A DNA stretch of 46,733 nt from an uncultured Prevotella sp. (GTDB taxonomy: Bacteria; Bacillota_I; Bacilli_A; RFN20; CAG-288), in assembly GCA_963639175.1 (NCBI GenBank), contig CAVHUN010000038.1, positions 1-46,733 on the forward strand, read 5' to 3'. Under the pieces are notes generated by a model. The model did no database searches. It was not told the DNA's origin and worked only from the letters and a program-made list of their open reading frames with translations. Both the position numbers and the translations under genes were made by a program. This document shows, piece after piece, positions 1 through 8,410 of this stretch (position 1 is the first letter of the stretch; each line of letters opens with the position of its first letter).

Positions 1-72
1 TATGACATATATTATCTTTTAAAGATAAAGAAGTGTTATACTTCTTTAAAGCGAACTAGTTTCGCTTTTGTT
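1..72. repeat. Left copy of a 72/73-bp inverted repeat built from three consecutive short hairpins; partner at 46593-46665
   Basis: By hand alignment, the reverse complement of 46593-46665 matches 1-72 with 3 mismatches and one 1-nt indel. Internal palindromes are ttatcttt/aaagataa, aagaag/cttctt and aaagcgaa/ttcgcttt. Confidence 0.85.
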
Positions 73-123
73 TTGAAATCGAATTATAAATGCTAAAATT
101 TAAATAATGACTGGAGTAATTTT

Positions 124-945
124 ATGGGATATTATGATTCAAATGAAGAAGCTAAAAAATTAAATGATATTGGCTGTCAATATTTTAATAAGGGAGATTA
201 TAACCAAGCTTTCAATTACTTTAAGAAAGCTGCTGAATTTGATTATTTAATTGCACAATATAATTTAGGTTATATTTATTTTGTTGGAGCTGGAATCTCT
301 AAAGATTATTGCCAAGCTGCTAAATGGTTTAAAAAATCTGCTGAGCAAGGTTATCCAAAAGCACAATATTATTTAGGACTTTGTTATTTTGGTGGAAAAG
401 GTGTTTATAAAGACTATTATGAGGCAGTTAAGTGGTTTAAAAAGTCAGCTGAACAAGGATATGATGAAGCACAATTCTTTCTTGGAACTTGTTATGGATT
501 AGGACAAGGTGTTAATAAAGATTCATATGAAAAAATAAAATGGTTTCAAAAAGCAGCTAGTCAAGGCCATAATGGTGCTTTATATTTATTAGGAAAATCA
601 TATCTTTTGGGTTCAGGAGTTAATATAGATATTTCTAAAGGATTGGATTTAATATCTAAGGCTGCTTATAAAGGCAACGCTTCAGCTCAATGTGATTTAG
701 GCAATTTTTATTATAAAGGTGAATATGTAGCTAGAAATAAAGTTGAATCTGCAAAATGGTATGAAATGTCTGCAAATAAGGGAAATGCTATAGCTCAATG
801 TAATATTGGTATTATGTACTATGATGGAGATGGAATTTATAAAGATAGAATAAAAGGAATTCAATATTTGAAAATGAGTGCTCAACAAGGAAATCAAGGT
901 GCTATATATACTCTTGAGCAAATTAAAAAAGGGAATAAATATTAA
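124..945 (+). CDS. Sel1-like repeat (SLR/TPR-family) protein, cytoplasmic
   Basis: 273-aa ORF with GGAG at 112-115. About six tandem 36-aa repeats follow the pattern A-x-x-W-[FY]-x-K-[AS]-A-x-Q-G-x-x-x-A-Q-x-x-L-G-x-x-Y-x-x-G-x-G-[VI]-x-K-D. No signal peptide. Confidence 0.85.
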   Translation: MGYYDSNEEAKKLNDIGCQYFNKGDYNQAFNYFKKAAEFDYLIAQYNLGYIYFVGAGISKDYCQAAKWFKKSAEQGYPKAQYYLGLCYFGGKGVYKDYYEAVKWFKKSAEQGYDEAQFFLGTCYGLGQGVNKDSYEKIKWFQKAASQGHNGALYLLGKSYLLGSGVNIDISKGLDLISKAAYKGNASAQCDLGNFYYKGEYVARNKVESAKWYEMSANKGNAIAQCNIGIMYYDGDGIYKDRIKGIQYLKMSAQQGNQGAIYTLEQIKKGNKY

Positions 946-1127
946 AGAGATTAAGTTTTAAGATAAAATATCAGTATATATTTCATATATAGATTAATAC
1001 AACATGTTTAATGTCAACTATTTTAATATTTGAATGTATTTAAGTCTAATTTTCTTATGATAGATTGATTTTAAAATGTATCCTTGATTTACTAAATTAA
1101 AGTTAAATATAAGGAGTTAGAAATAAA

Positions 1128-1580
1128 ATGAGAATTAAAGAAGCACATCAAATAATGAAAGAAATAATCTTAGATGAAGAATTAGAAGAATATTTTTACG
1201 ATATTAAATTTAATGTCGACTATGAAGATGAACCTGATTGTAGATTTGTATCTCATAGGGTAAACGAATTTAATGGATTTTTTAAAAGATATATTGGTGG
1301 AGGATATGGCAACAGCTTATCATTTGATTATTCTCCTTATGAAGGTGGGACTATTGGAGTAGAAATATATTTTGATAAAACAAGTTTACCAGAAAAGCCA
1401 CTTAATGAAATATTTAATAATTTTAGATTTTTAGCTGATCAATATGATTATGAATTAGATATTGCAACTGATGTTGATCCTGTTCATCCATGTGTTAATT
1501 TAAGAAAGACAAATGCTGATAGAGATTTAGGAAAAGCATATATAGGAATTTTATCTGCATTAATTGCTGCTATTTATTAA
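1128..1580 (+). CDS. Hypothetical acidic protein with hydrophobic C-terminal tail
   Basis: 150-aa ORF with an AAGGAG RBS just upstream. No motif I recognise. The C-terminus AYIGILSALIAAIY is hydrophobic. Confidence 0.5.
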   Translation: MRIKEAHQIMKEIILDEELEEYFYDIKFNVDYEDEPDCRFVSHRVNEFNGFFKRYIGGGYGNSLSFDYSPYEGGTIGVEIYFDKTSLPEKPLNEIFNNFRFLADQYDYELDIATDVDPVHPCVNLRKTNADRDLGKAYIGILSALIAAIY

Positions 1581-1662
1581 AACGTATATTTAATAAAAAG
1601 GGAAAAGGGAAGTTTCAATCTTTAGATTAGTAAATTAAGAAAATTTACTAACTATCCAATAA

Positions 1663-1694
1663 TAAAAGGCTAATTTGAAATACAATTAACCTTT
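1663..1694. terminator. Bidirectional hairpin between convergent genes
   Basis: aaaaggctaatt (1663-1674) pairs with aattaacctttt (1683-1694), a 12-bp stem with 1 mismatch. A/T runs flank both sides. It overlaps the stop codon of the minus-strand gene. Confidence 0.45.
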
Positions 1695-2488
1695 TAAAGT
1701 ACGATTTTTATAGCTGTAATATCATCAATTAATTTAAATCTAGGGTATTTATTATATAAAGGATCATCTTTTGAAATAGTTACTATTTCATCAATAATCT
1801 TTTTTAAATCAATATTTTGTGTGAATAATTGCTCATATGTATATTTATGATAAGTATCACAAATTGAAGCAAAACCATCAGAAAATAAATAAATGTATTT
1901 AACATCTTCCTTTTTTAATGAATTAAAAGAAAATTTGAGATTTGGATTTTTATAAGGGGCAAAAACATTATAACCATTATCTTTATTCATTAATTTTCTA
2001 TGCTTAATTAGAGTAGGATTTATGTTTTGTCTAGCTTGTTTAATTGAAATGTTTTCTTCTTTTGATATTTTAATCATTTCTTCAATTGCTTTATTATCTA
2101 ACTTAATTAATTCATCTTGTACATATCTTTTAATAGTATTGTCTTTTAAACAAACTACTACTTCACAATCTCCAATTGAATAAATATCAATAGTATTATC
2201 ATTTATTTCAACAAAGCTTATTCCTGCACTAGGAAGATATTCTTGGTTGTTATTTTCAATTAATTTAGAAAAGGAAGTTGATATGTTATTTAATCTTTCA
2301 ATAATTGTTCCATCTAATTTAGGAAGCTTATTTTTAATATACGAAACAAAATAAGAACCAGAAGTAGGTTTAAATGATGAAGGCAAAAGAGAAGTAGCTC
2401 CATCAATTACCATATAGCAATTGTTAAAGATTACATATCTATCTTCGTTATAATATTTTGCTTTTCTAGTTATTTTACTTATTTCCAT
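1694..2488 (-). CDS. PP2C/PPM-family Ser/Thr phosphatase-like protein
   Basis: 264 aa. Motifs appear in PPM order: YNEDRY, VIDGATS, IGDCEVV, LFSDGF, IDDITAIKI. AGGAAT RBS. It starts 8 nt after the upstream gene's stop. Confidence 0.6.
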   Translation of the reverse strand: MEISKITRKAKYYNEDRYVIFNNCYMVIDGATSLLPSSFKPTSGSYFVSYIKNKLPKLDGTIIERLNNISTSFSKLIENNNQEYLPSAGISFVEINDNTIDIYSIGDCEVVVCLKDNTIKRYVQDELIKLDNKAIEEMIKISKEENISIKQARQNINPTLIKHRKLMNKDNGYNVFAPYKNPNLKFSFNSLKKEDVKYIYLFSDGFASICDTYHKYTYEQLFTQNIDLKKIIDEIVTISKDDPLYNKYPRFKLIDDITAIKIVL

Positions 2489-2496
2489 ATTTATTC

Positions 2497-3591
2497 CTAT
2501 TTAATTAATGATAAACACACTAAACTAATTGACAATATAATAATACCAACAACAAGTATGCAAATATCATATGTTACATATTTTTTCTTAACATCTTTAA
2601 AAATTAAACCAAAGCCCAATAATAAAGTGCCACATAAAATTAATAATAATCCTACATAAGCAATTAATAACATTCCCATTAAGAAAGGATCACTAATATA
2701 AGAAAAGATATTAATTGAACCAAGTAAGAAACCAAGTAAAGTAGTAATTAAGGTGATTATTTTCAAGTTGTTTACTTTGATTTTATCTAATTCTTTATAT
2801 TTATCATTAGAAAGATCAAAATGTCTAATTGAATTAGCCTGAATTAAATAACTCTCATAAAGAATAGTTCTATTAACTTTTTCAATATCGTTATTATCTA
2901 GCATAGATAATCCACGTCTAATTTCATATTCACCTTCATCATATCTTTTTAATAAGACTAATATTCTTCCTCTAGTTACATAAAACTTATCATAAGAAGT
3001 ACCTTGTTTGGTATTAATTACTTCATTTATTAACTTTAAGGCATCTTTTAAAGAAATGATAGCCTCAACATTATTTCTAGAATCTAATTCACGTTCATAA
3101 TAAGTAGCGATTAGTTCACAATAGAAGTTTTTAACCCCAATTTCATCTTTTAAAATTGAATTATCTAAAAGTAATTTAGTATCACTAATAATACTTTTTA
3201 AAGAAGAGGAATCATTAACTTCTGAATATTTTGCAAGTAAAAATAAAAATTCATACATTGGAATATCACTAAAAGCAAATCTAAACTTTCTTACTAAATC
3301 ATATGCACCTAACTTTTTAAGTCTTCTAAATTTAGTAGCAAAACTAAATAAGAAAGTAAAAGCCCTCATTTTATCTACTAAGGTATTCTTATTTATATAT
3401 TCATTAATAAAAGAAGAAATATCATCTATATTAAAAGAAGATAAATTAATTGACTTAGCAATAAAAGAACAGCTAGATTCAAATTCTCTAGTTGAAAGAA
3501 AATCTATATCTTTTAAATTAAAATCAAAAGTAGAATCTACAATTTCATTTAATTTATTAAAGTCATTAATTATTAGTATTTGCTTATCCAT
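2497..3591 (-). CDS. Membrane protein: about 270-aa helical (TPR-like?) cytoplasmic domain plus three C-terminal TM helices
   Basis: 364-aa ORF. Hydrophobic stretches are IITLITTLLGFLLGSINIF, FLMGMLLIAYVGLLLILCGTLLLGFGLIF and ICILVVGIIILSISLVCLSLI. No family recognised. Confidence 0.55.
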   Translation of the reverse strand: MDKQILIINDFNKLNEIVDSTFDFNLKDIDFLSTREFESSCSFIAKSINLSSFNIDDISSFINEYINKNTLVDKMRAFTFLFSFATKFRRLKKLGAYDLVRKFRFAFSDIPMYEFLFLLAKYSEVNDSSSLKSIISDTKLLLDNSILKDEIGVKNFYCELIATYYERELDSRNNVEAIISLKDALKLINEVINTKQGTSYDKFYVTRGRILVLLKRYDEGEYEIRRGLSMLDNNDIEKVNRTILYESYLIQANSIRHFDLSNDKYKELDKIKVNNLKIITLITTLLGFLLGSINIFSYISDPFLMGMLLIAYVGLLLILCGTLLLGFGLIFKDVKKKYVTYDICILVVGIIILSISLVCLSLIK

Positions 3592-3867
3592 ATGTATAAA
3601 ATCCTTTTACTTATTATATATTAATATATTAAATGACTCAAATACTAAAATAGGTTAGTTTACTTAGTATATAATCTATATTTAAATCAAATATTAAATA
3701 TATGTTTAAAAATGAGTCTTTAAAATATTGTTAATATTAATAATGAAAACTTTAAAATAGTGAAATAAAAAAAGGGAAGATAAAAAATATTTGCTTTTAA
3801 AACACATATGTAGTATTTTATTTAATAGTGTTAAAACACTACTGTATTTTTTAATAAGGAAATATTA

Positions 3868-4965
3868 ATGAAAAAGAAATTTCTACTAACAACAATACTA
3901 CCAATAGTCACCTTAGTTGGATTAATTGGATCTGGCTATTCAATTTTTATCTTTGCTGAAAATAATAAAACAAGTGCAGATGCTAATGCAATTAATATTA
4001 GTAATGTCACTGATAATTTATCTAGTGGTGATATTTTAATTTATGGTGGGGTATCTAGTGGCGATGCTGCTGCTAATAAAAATTGCACTAAATTAGTATT
4101 TGATAAAACTAGATATGATTCTAATAATGAAGTTATTAAAGGTACAGGAATTCATTTAACAAATAATGAAGCTGATAATGATAATAGAATGGGTGCTTAT
4201 TATTTATGGACAAATAATGAAACAATTGCTAAATGTATAAATGAAAATAAAAAAGATGATGAAAATAATACTAATTTTGATGGCTATGTAAAATGGAAAA
4301 GAGTTCTTAATGGTAATACTGGAGAAGATGATGCATATGATCAAATGTGTACTGTAACTGCAAGAACAGGTCAACAAGTGCCATTTGTTGATGGAGAAAC
4401 TGATATTAAATTCACAGTTTCTATTCAAATTCCATATGAATTAGCTCAATATATTAATCTTGAATATGTTGGAAGTGATAAATCATCAACCAATCATGGA
4501 TGGAGTGAAGTTAAAGTTGGTGTTGATAATAATGATCCTAATAAAATATGGAATATAACTTACACTTACACAACTTATTATTCTCAATTAGATCCAAGTA
4601 AAGATTATTTTAAAGAAATATATAATGAAACTGGTAAATTAGAAGATTATGTAAATCATGATTATAAAACTCAATATGAGGATGAAAGTAATCCTAAGGC
4701 TAAATTTGGATTTAAGTTCTTCGATTGGAAAGATGTTGAAATAAGCGCTTATAATAAAAGTACAACAAACCAAAATGATTCTGATTATTTTAAAAAAATA
4801 CATAATGAAGAGCCAACAACTATTGAAGAATATAATTCTATGATGACTAATTTATCAAATGTAACTGGTAAAAATGGTGTAGAACATTATCATGATGTAA
4901 ATTACAATAATCAACATCTTTGTTCATTAGGTTGTACATATTCAGCTCAAGTAGTTAATAAATAG
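3868..4965 (+). CDS. Secreted or membrane-anchored protein, paralog A (possible TasA/camelysin-type N-terminal signal)
   Basis: 365 aa. Basic N-terminus plus a hydrophobic helix ending GSGYSIFIFAENNKTSA. Shares conserved blocks with the next ORF: GDI, KGTG, IP..A.Y, FKFF, EPTT. Confidence 0.7.
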   Translation: MKKKFLLTTILPIVTLVGLIGSGYSIFIFAENNKTSADANAINISNVTDNLSSGDILIYGGVSSGDAAANKNCTKLVFDKTRYDSNNEVIKGTGIHLTNNEADNDNRMGAYYLWTNNETIAKCINENKKDDENNTNFDGYVKWKRVLNGNTGEDDAYDQMCTVTARTGQQVPFVDGETDIKFTVSIQIPYELAQYINLEYVGSDKSSTNHGWSEVKVGVDNNDPNKIWNITYTYTTYYSQLDPSKDYFKEIYNETGKLEDYVNHDYKTQYEDESNPKAKFGFKFFDWKDVEISAYNKSTTNQNDSDYFKKIHNEEPTTIEEYNSMMTNLSNVTGKNGVEHYHDVNYNNQHLCSLGCTYSAQVVNK

Positions 4966-4983
4966 AGGATAGGGAGATTTTAT

Positions 4984-5745
4984 ATGAGAAAGAGAATTTT
5001 ATTAGGAGCAATTATTCCTTTAGTTGCTGCTGCTAGTGTTATTGGTTCTGGTTATGCTTTATTTATTTTTAATGAAAATAATTCTACAAGTGCTTTAAAC
5101 CAAATTGCTGTAAATGTTGAAGCAGTTGCTACAATTGGTGATATTGAAACTGCAGGGCAAGCAAAATTAAATTTTGATCAAACCTCAACAGCATTAAATG
5201 GTATTAATTCAAAAGGCACAGGATTAACATTTGATTACACTGTTTCTAGTACATCAGCAGATGATACTACTGATGCTACAGAAACTGGAACATCTAGTTC
5301 TACTACTTCATCTACTACTGATTTAACTGCTAAATATTTATTTAGTAGTTCAGCTACTACTACAAATAAAACATATTATGATGATGATTTATATGTAACA
5401 TTTACTACAGTTATTTCTATTCCAAGTGATGTTGCTAATTATGTTAAATTAAGTTCTACTACTTATGTAGATGGTAGTGGTTATACTTGGACAGAGGGTA
5501 GTAATACTACTACAAGTGCTACAACTTACACTATTACTGAAAAAATAAAGACTAGCGAAAAATACACTGTAGATAATAGTGGATATAAGTTCTTTGAATT
5601 AAGTAAGATAACTCCTAGTTATGTTGAAAATAAAGAGCCTACAACTAGTTCTGCTCATACTGAAATGATTAATGCAGTAAGTGGTAAAACTATTACTATT
5701 GCATATGCAGCTGTGTTAAGTGTTGAACCTGATGCAGGTAACTAA
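4984..5745 (+). CDS. Secreted or membrane-anchored protein, paralog B, with a Ser/Thr-rich segment
   Basis: 253 aa. The N-terminus ...GSGYALFIFNENNSTSA is homologous to paralog A. Low-complexity stretch TTDATETGTSSSTTSSTTD. GGGAG RBS. Confidence 0.7.
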   Translation: MRKRILLGAIIPLVAAASVIGSGYALFIFNENNSTSALNQIAVNVEAVATIGDIETAGQAKLNFDQTSTALNGINSKGTGLTFDYTVSSTSADDTTDATETGTSSSTTSSTTDLTAKYLFSSSATTTNKTYYDDDLYVTFTTVISIPSDVANYVKLSSTTYVDGSGYTWTEGSNTTTSATTYTITEKIKTSEKYTVDNSGYKFFELSKITPSYVENKEPTTSSAHTEMINAVSGKTITIAYAAVLSVEPDAGN

Positions 5746-5768
5746 GTAAGTATTTTATAAATAATATT

Positions 5769-5791
5769 AAGACACCTTAGGGTGTCTTTTA
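5769..5791 (+). terminator. Intrinsic terminator after the paralog pair
   Basis: aagacacc-ttag-ggtgtctt hairpin followed by T residues. Confidence 0.75.
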
Positions 5792-5924
5792 TAGTGGAAT
5801 TTTATATAAAAAGTATAAAATAGATGTTTCTAATGTAAGATAATTTTTGTTACAAGATTAGTTATTTATATTAGTTATCAAGTGATTTAATTTATTTTTA
5901 GTTTAGAATTTTTATAAAAGTGTA

Positions 5925-5953
5925 TTGATTTTAAGGTTATAGGTTTCTATAAT
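5925..5953 (+). promoter_or_regulatory. Candidate sigma-70-type promoter for lrgAB
   Basis: TTGATT, then 17 nt, then TATAAT. The predicted TSS near 5960 argues against the TTG start at 5959. Confidence 0.5.
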
Positions 5954-5997
5954 CTTTTTTGTTGATTTTTATCAAATTAGAAAGACAAAAAAGATAT

Positions 5998-6414
5998 ATG
6001 AAATACATATGGCAGTTGATGATCATTTTATTTATTTCCTTCCTTAGTGAAATAATTGCTAAATTAATACCTGCTCCAATTCCAGCTTGTATTTATGGTA
6101 TTGTTATTTTGTTTATATTATTAAAATTCAAGGTTCTAAAATTAGAACAGGTGTCTTCAGCAGGGCATTTTTTAATTGAAATAATGCCACTGATGTTTAT
6201 TCCTGCAAGTGTATCTTTATTAGAACAATGGGAATTACTTCAACCACTTTTATTACCATTTTCAGTTATTATTGTCGTTTCATTTTTATTAGTTTTTATA
6301 GTTTCAGGATTAGTTACTAAATATTCTTTAAAAGTTAAAGAACATATTTCTAATTCTAAAAAGGAAACAAAAGAAAATAATAAAGAAAGTCAAATTTCAA
6401 GTGAGGATAGATAA
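5998..6414 (+). CDS. lrgA: CidA/LrgA-family holin-like protein
   Basis: The ORF track starts at TTG 5959; ATG 5998 is preferred. Four-TM protein with LrgA-like blocks IPAPIPACIYGIVILF and MPLMFIPASV. Adjacent to lrgB. Confidence 0.8.
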   Translation: MKYIWQLMIILFISFLSEIIAKLIPAPIPACIYGIVILFILLKFKVLKLEQVSSAGHFLIEIMPLMFIPASVSLLEQWELLQPLLLPFSVIIVVSFLLVFIVSGLVTKYSLKVKEHISNSKKETKENNKESQISSEDR

Positions 6415-6415
6415 A

Positions 6416-7120
6416 ATGGATGAGTTTTTTAAAGATTCTTTGTTTTTTGGATTGTTTATTTCTATATTTTTCTATTTTATTGGCGATCAATTAAATAGAT
6501 TTATAAAAAAGAAGACTAAACTAGGCATAATAAATCCACTTTTATTTTCTGTAATTTGTATTATCGCATTTTTATTAGTTACTAAAACAAGCTATCAAAC
6601 TTATGAATACGGCGCTAAATTCTTATCGACTTTATTAACACCAGCTACAATTTGTTTAGCTATTCCTTTATATGAAGAATTTGAACTATTAAAGAAAAAT
6701 TTCCTTCCTATATTTTTAGGAATATTAGCTGGGGTAGTTACTAGTTTAACTAGCGTATATTTATTATCTTTAGCATTTAATTTATCTCATGAAGCCTATA
6801 TTACTTTATTACCTCATTCAATTACTACCGCTATTGGAATAGGAGTATCTACTTCTTTAAATGGCTATACAAGTTTAGCGGTCGCTTGTATTATTGTTTC
6901 TGGAATATTTGGTGGACTATTTGGAAATGCAATTTGTAAAATCTTAAATATTAAAGACCCAATTGCTATAGGAGTAAGTTTTGGCACTGCTTCTCATGCT
7001 ATTGGTACTTCTAAAGCAATGGAACTAGGTGAAATTCAAGGGGCAATAAGTGGATTATCTATTGTTATTGCTGGGTTATTGACTGTAGCTGGTTCTATAT
7101 TATATTCATATTTTATTTAA
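6416..7120 (+). CDS. lrgB: CidB/LrgB-family membrane protein
   Basis: ATG 6416 is preferred over GTG 6401 because a GAGGAT RBS lies at 6403-6408. LrgB blocks present: LLPHSITTAIGIGVS and FGTASHAIGTSKA. Confidence 0.85.
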   Translation: MDEFFKDSLFFGLFISIFFYFIGDQLNRFIKKKTKLGIINPLLFSVICIIAFLLVTKTSYQTYEYGAKFLSTLLTPATICLAIPLYEEFELLKKNFLPIFLGILAGVVTSLTSVYLLSLAFNLSHEAYITLLPHSITTAIGIGVSTSLNGYTSLAVACIIVSGIFGGLFGNAICKILNIKDPIAIGVSFGTASHAIGTSKAMELGEIQGAISGLSIVIAGLLTVAGSILYSYFI

Positions 7121-7150
7121 TCTTATAAATATAAGGATAAATAGGGCATA

Positions 7151-7179
7151 TTTACATATTTATTTGAATATTTTACAAT
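7151..7179 (+). promoter_or_regulatory. Candidate promoter for the NUDIX gene
   Basis: TTTACA, then 17 nt, then TACAAT. Confidence 0.4.
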
Positions 7180-7203
7180 ATATAAGTAAAGGAATTAATA
7201 AAT

Positions 7204-7608
7204 ATGAAAATAGAACAATCATACGGGGCAGTTGTTTTTAAAGATAAAAAAGTCTTAATTGAATATATGTCATTAGGACATATTTCTATTCCTAAAGGGC
7301 ATGTTGAAAATGATGAAACTCCTTCTCAAACAGCACTTAGAGAAATAAAAGAAGAAACTAATTTAGATGTCTATTTAGATACTAAATATGAATATAAGAC
7401 GAGTTATTATCCTAAAGCGGATGTTTTAAAACACGTTTCATTTTTTGTTGCTATTTATAAAAGTGGGGAAATTAAACCTCAACTAGAAGAAGTAAATAAA
7501 ATTGAATTTATCGATGTAGAAAAAGCTATCGAATTAGTCACTTATGAATCAGATAAGCAAGCAATTAAAGGAGCATACGATTATTTAGTTAAAAATAATC
7601 TATTCTAA
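7204..7608 (+). CDS. NUDIX hydrolase (Ap4A-hydrolase-like)
   Basis: Nudix box GHVENDETPSQTALREIKEETNL matches GX5EX7REUXEEXGU. Confidence 0.85.
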   Translation: MKIEQSYGAVVFKDKKVLIEYMSLGHISIPKGHVENDETPSQTALREIKEETNLDVYLDTKYEYKTSYYPKADVLKHVSFFVAIYKSGEIKPQLEEVNKIEFIDVEKAIELVTYESDKQAIKGAYDYLVKNNLF

Positions 7609-7612
7609 TTAT

Positions 7613-8365
7613 ATGATTGACCATGTTGTTTTTTCAGATATTGCATCTAATAAAATAACTAAAAGAGTTGGATTTTCTTTTGGATATCTTTTCTTTGGTC
7701 CATTATATTTAATCGCTAGATTGAGATTTGAAGGAATATTGTTACTAATCTTATATTATTTTTTATTACCACTTCCAGGAATTGAAGAATTTTGTGCATT
7801 TATGAAAGTGTCAAACTGGAATGAAGTCTTAGTAAATGTATTGACTTCATTTTTAATGTTTTTTAGAAGTGGATGGGACAAGCTTCAACCTTATATTTGT
7901 ATATTGTTTATTTTATTGTTACATATATATTTATCAATTAATGTTGATAATTATTTATTAAAAAGGGTAATTAAAAAGAAAAACCTTCATCCATTAACTG
8001 AACTAGACGCTAGAAAATTGATTCATTATAACATAGTAGGAGTCAATGTTAAATTATATGAAGATATTATCTCTAAAGATGAATTTAATAAGATAGTTGA
8101 AAATAACTGGAAAGAGAAAAACATGTCTTATACTATGATGATAAATAAAGAAGACATTGATAAATCTAAAAATAATAAAGGAAGAAAGAAAAAAGTCTAT
8201 ACTACTTCAACTACTGATCTTTCTATTCAATATGTTAAAAAAGATAAGACATTAGATAATCAAGAGATTAAGCAGTTACATGAACGAAATGTTTTATTAT
8301 ATAAGGAAAAGAAAATTACAAAAGAAGAATTTGAAATATTAGAAGATAGACTAAAGAAAAAATAA
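7613..8365 (+). CDS. Membrane protein with a DUF2628-like N-terminus, Lys-rich linker and SHOCT-like C-terminus
   Basis: 250 aa. N-terminal TM region FSFGYLFFGPLYLIARL. The C-terminal KEKKITKEEFEILEDRL resembles the SHOCT motif. Confidence 0.5.
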   Translation: MIDHVVFSDIASNKITKRVGFSFGYLFFGPLYLIARLRFEGILLLILYYFLLPLPGIEEFCAFMKVSNWNEVLVNVLTSFLMFFRSGWDKLQPYICILFILLLHIYLSINVDNYLLKRVIKKKNLHPLTELDARKLIHYNIVGVNVKLYEDIISKDEFNKIVENNWKEKNMSYTMMINKEDIDKSKNNKGRKKKVYTTSTTDLSIQYVKKDKTLDNQEIKQLHERNVLLYKEKKITKEEFEILEDRLKKK

Positions 8366-8410
8366 CTAGGTTAAAGAAAATATTAATCTAGTTTTTTTAT
8401 AAAAGGGTAT

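Noticed and set aside
48-70. Possible LexA/Cheo box in the repeat hairpin (gcgaactagtttcgc).
   Set aside because: The half-site spacing does not fit CGAAC-N4-GTTCG. The sequence is simply one of the three hairpin palindromes, and recN and dinB lack such boxes.
697-921. Antisense ORFs in the supplied track: 697-921, 4204-4428, 12033-12377, 18979-19215, 20207-20506 and 43967-44218.
   Set aside because: Each lies wholly inside and opposite a well-supported gene. All have low-complexity Ile/Leu/Phe/Ser-rich translations typical of shadow frames in AT-rich DNA, and none has an RBS.
1627-1651. Perfect 10-bp palindrome ttagtaaatt-aagaa-aatttactaa considered as a terminator.
   Set aside because: The stem has only one G:C pair and no flanking T-run. 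The adjacent 1663-1694 hairpin is the better terminator. It is noted only because the arm resembles a TAGT unit.
3330-3345. CorA-like GMN motif in the 3-TM protein (GSINIF after the first TM helix); coordinates approximate.
   Set aside because: The resemblance is limited to helix-plus-G-x-x-N spacing. The diagnostic GMN is absent and there are three, not two, TM helices.
5959-5997. Upstream alternative starts in the ORF track: TTG 5959 for lrgA, GTG 6401 for lrgB, ATG 33711 for parE and TTG 45707 for ispH.
   Set aside because: A better promoter or RBS geometry and homology-consistent N-termini support the internal ATGs at 5998, 6416, 33663 and 45710.
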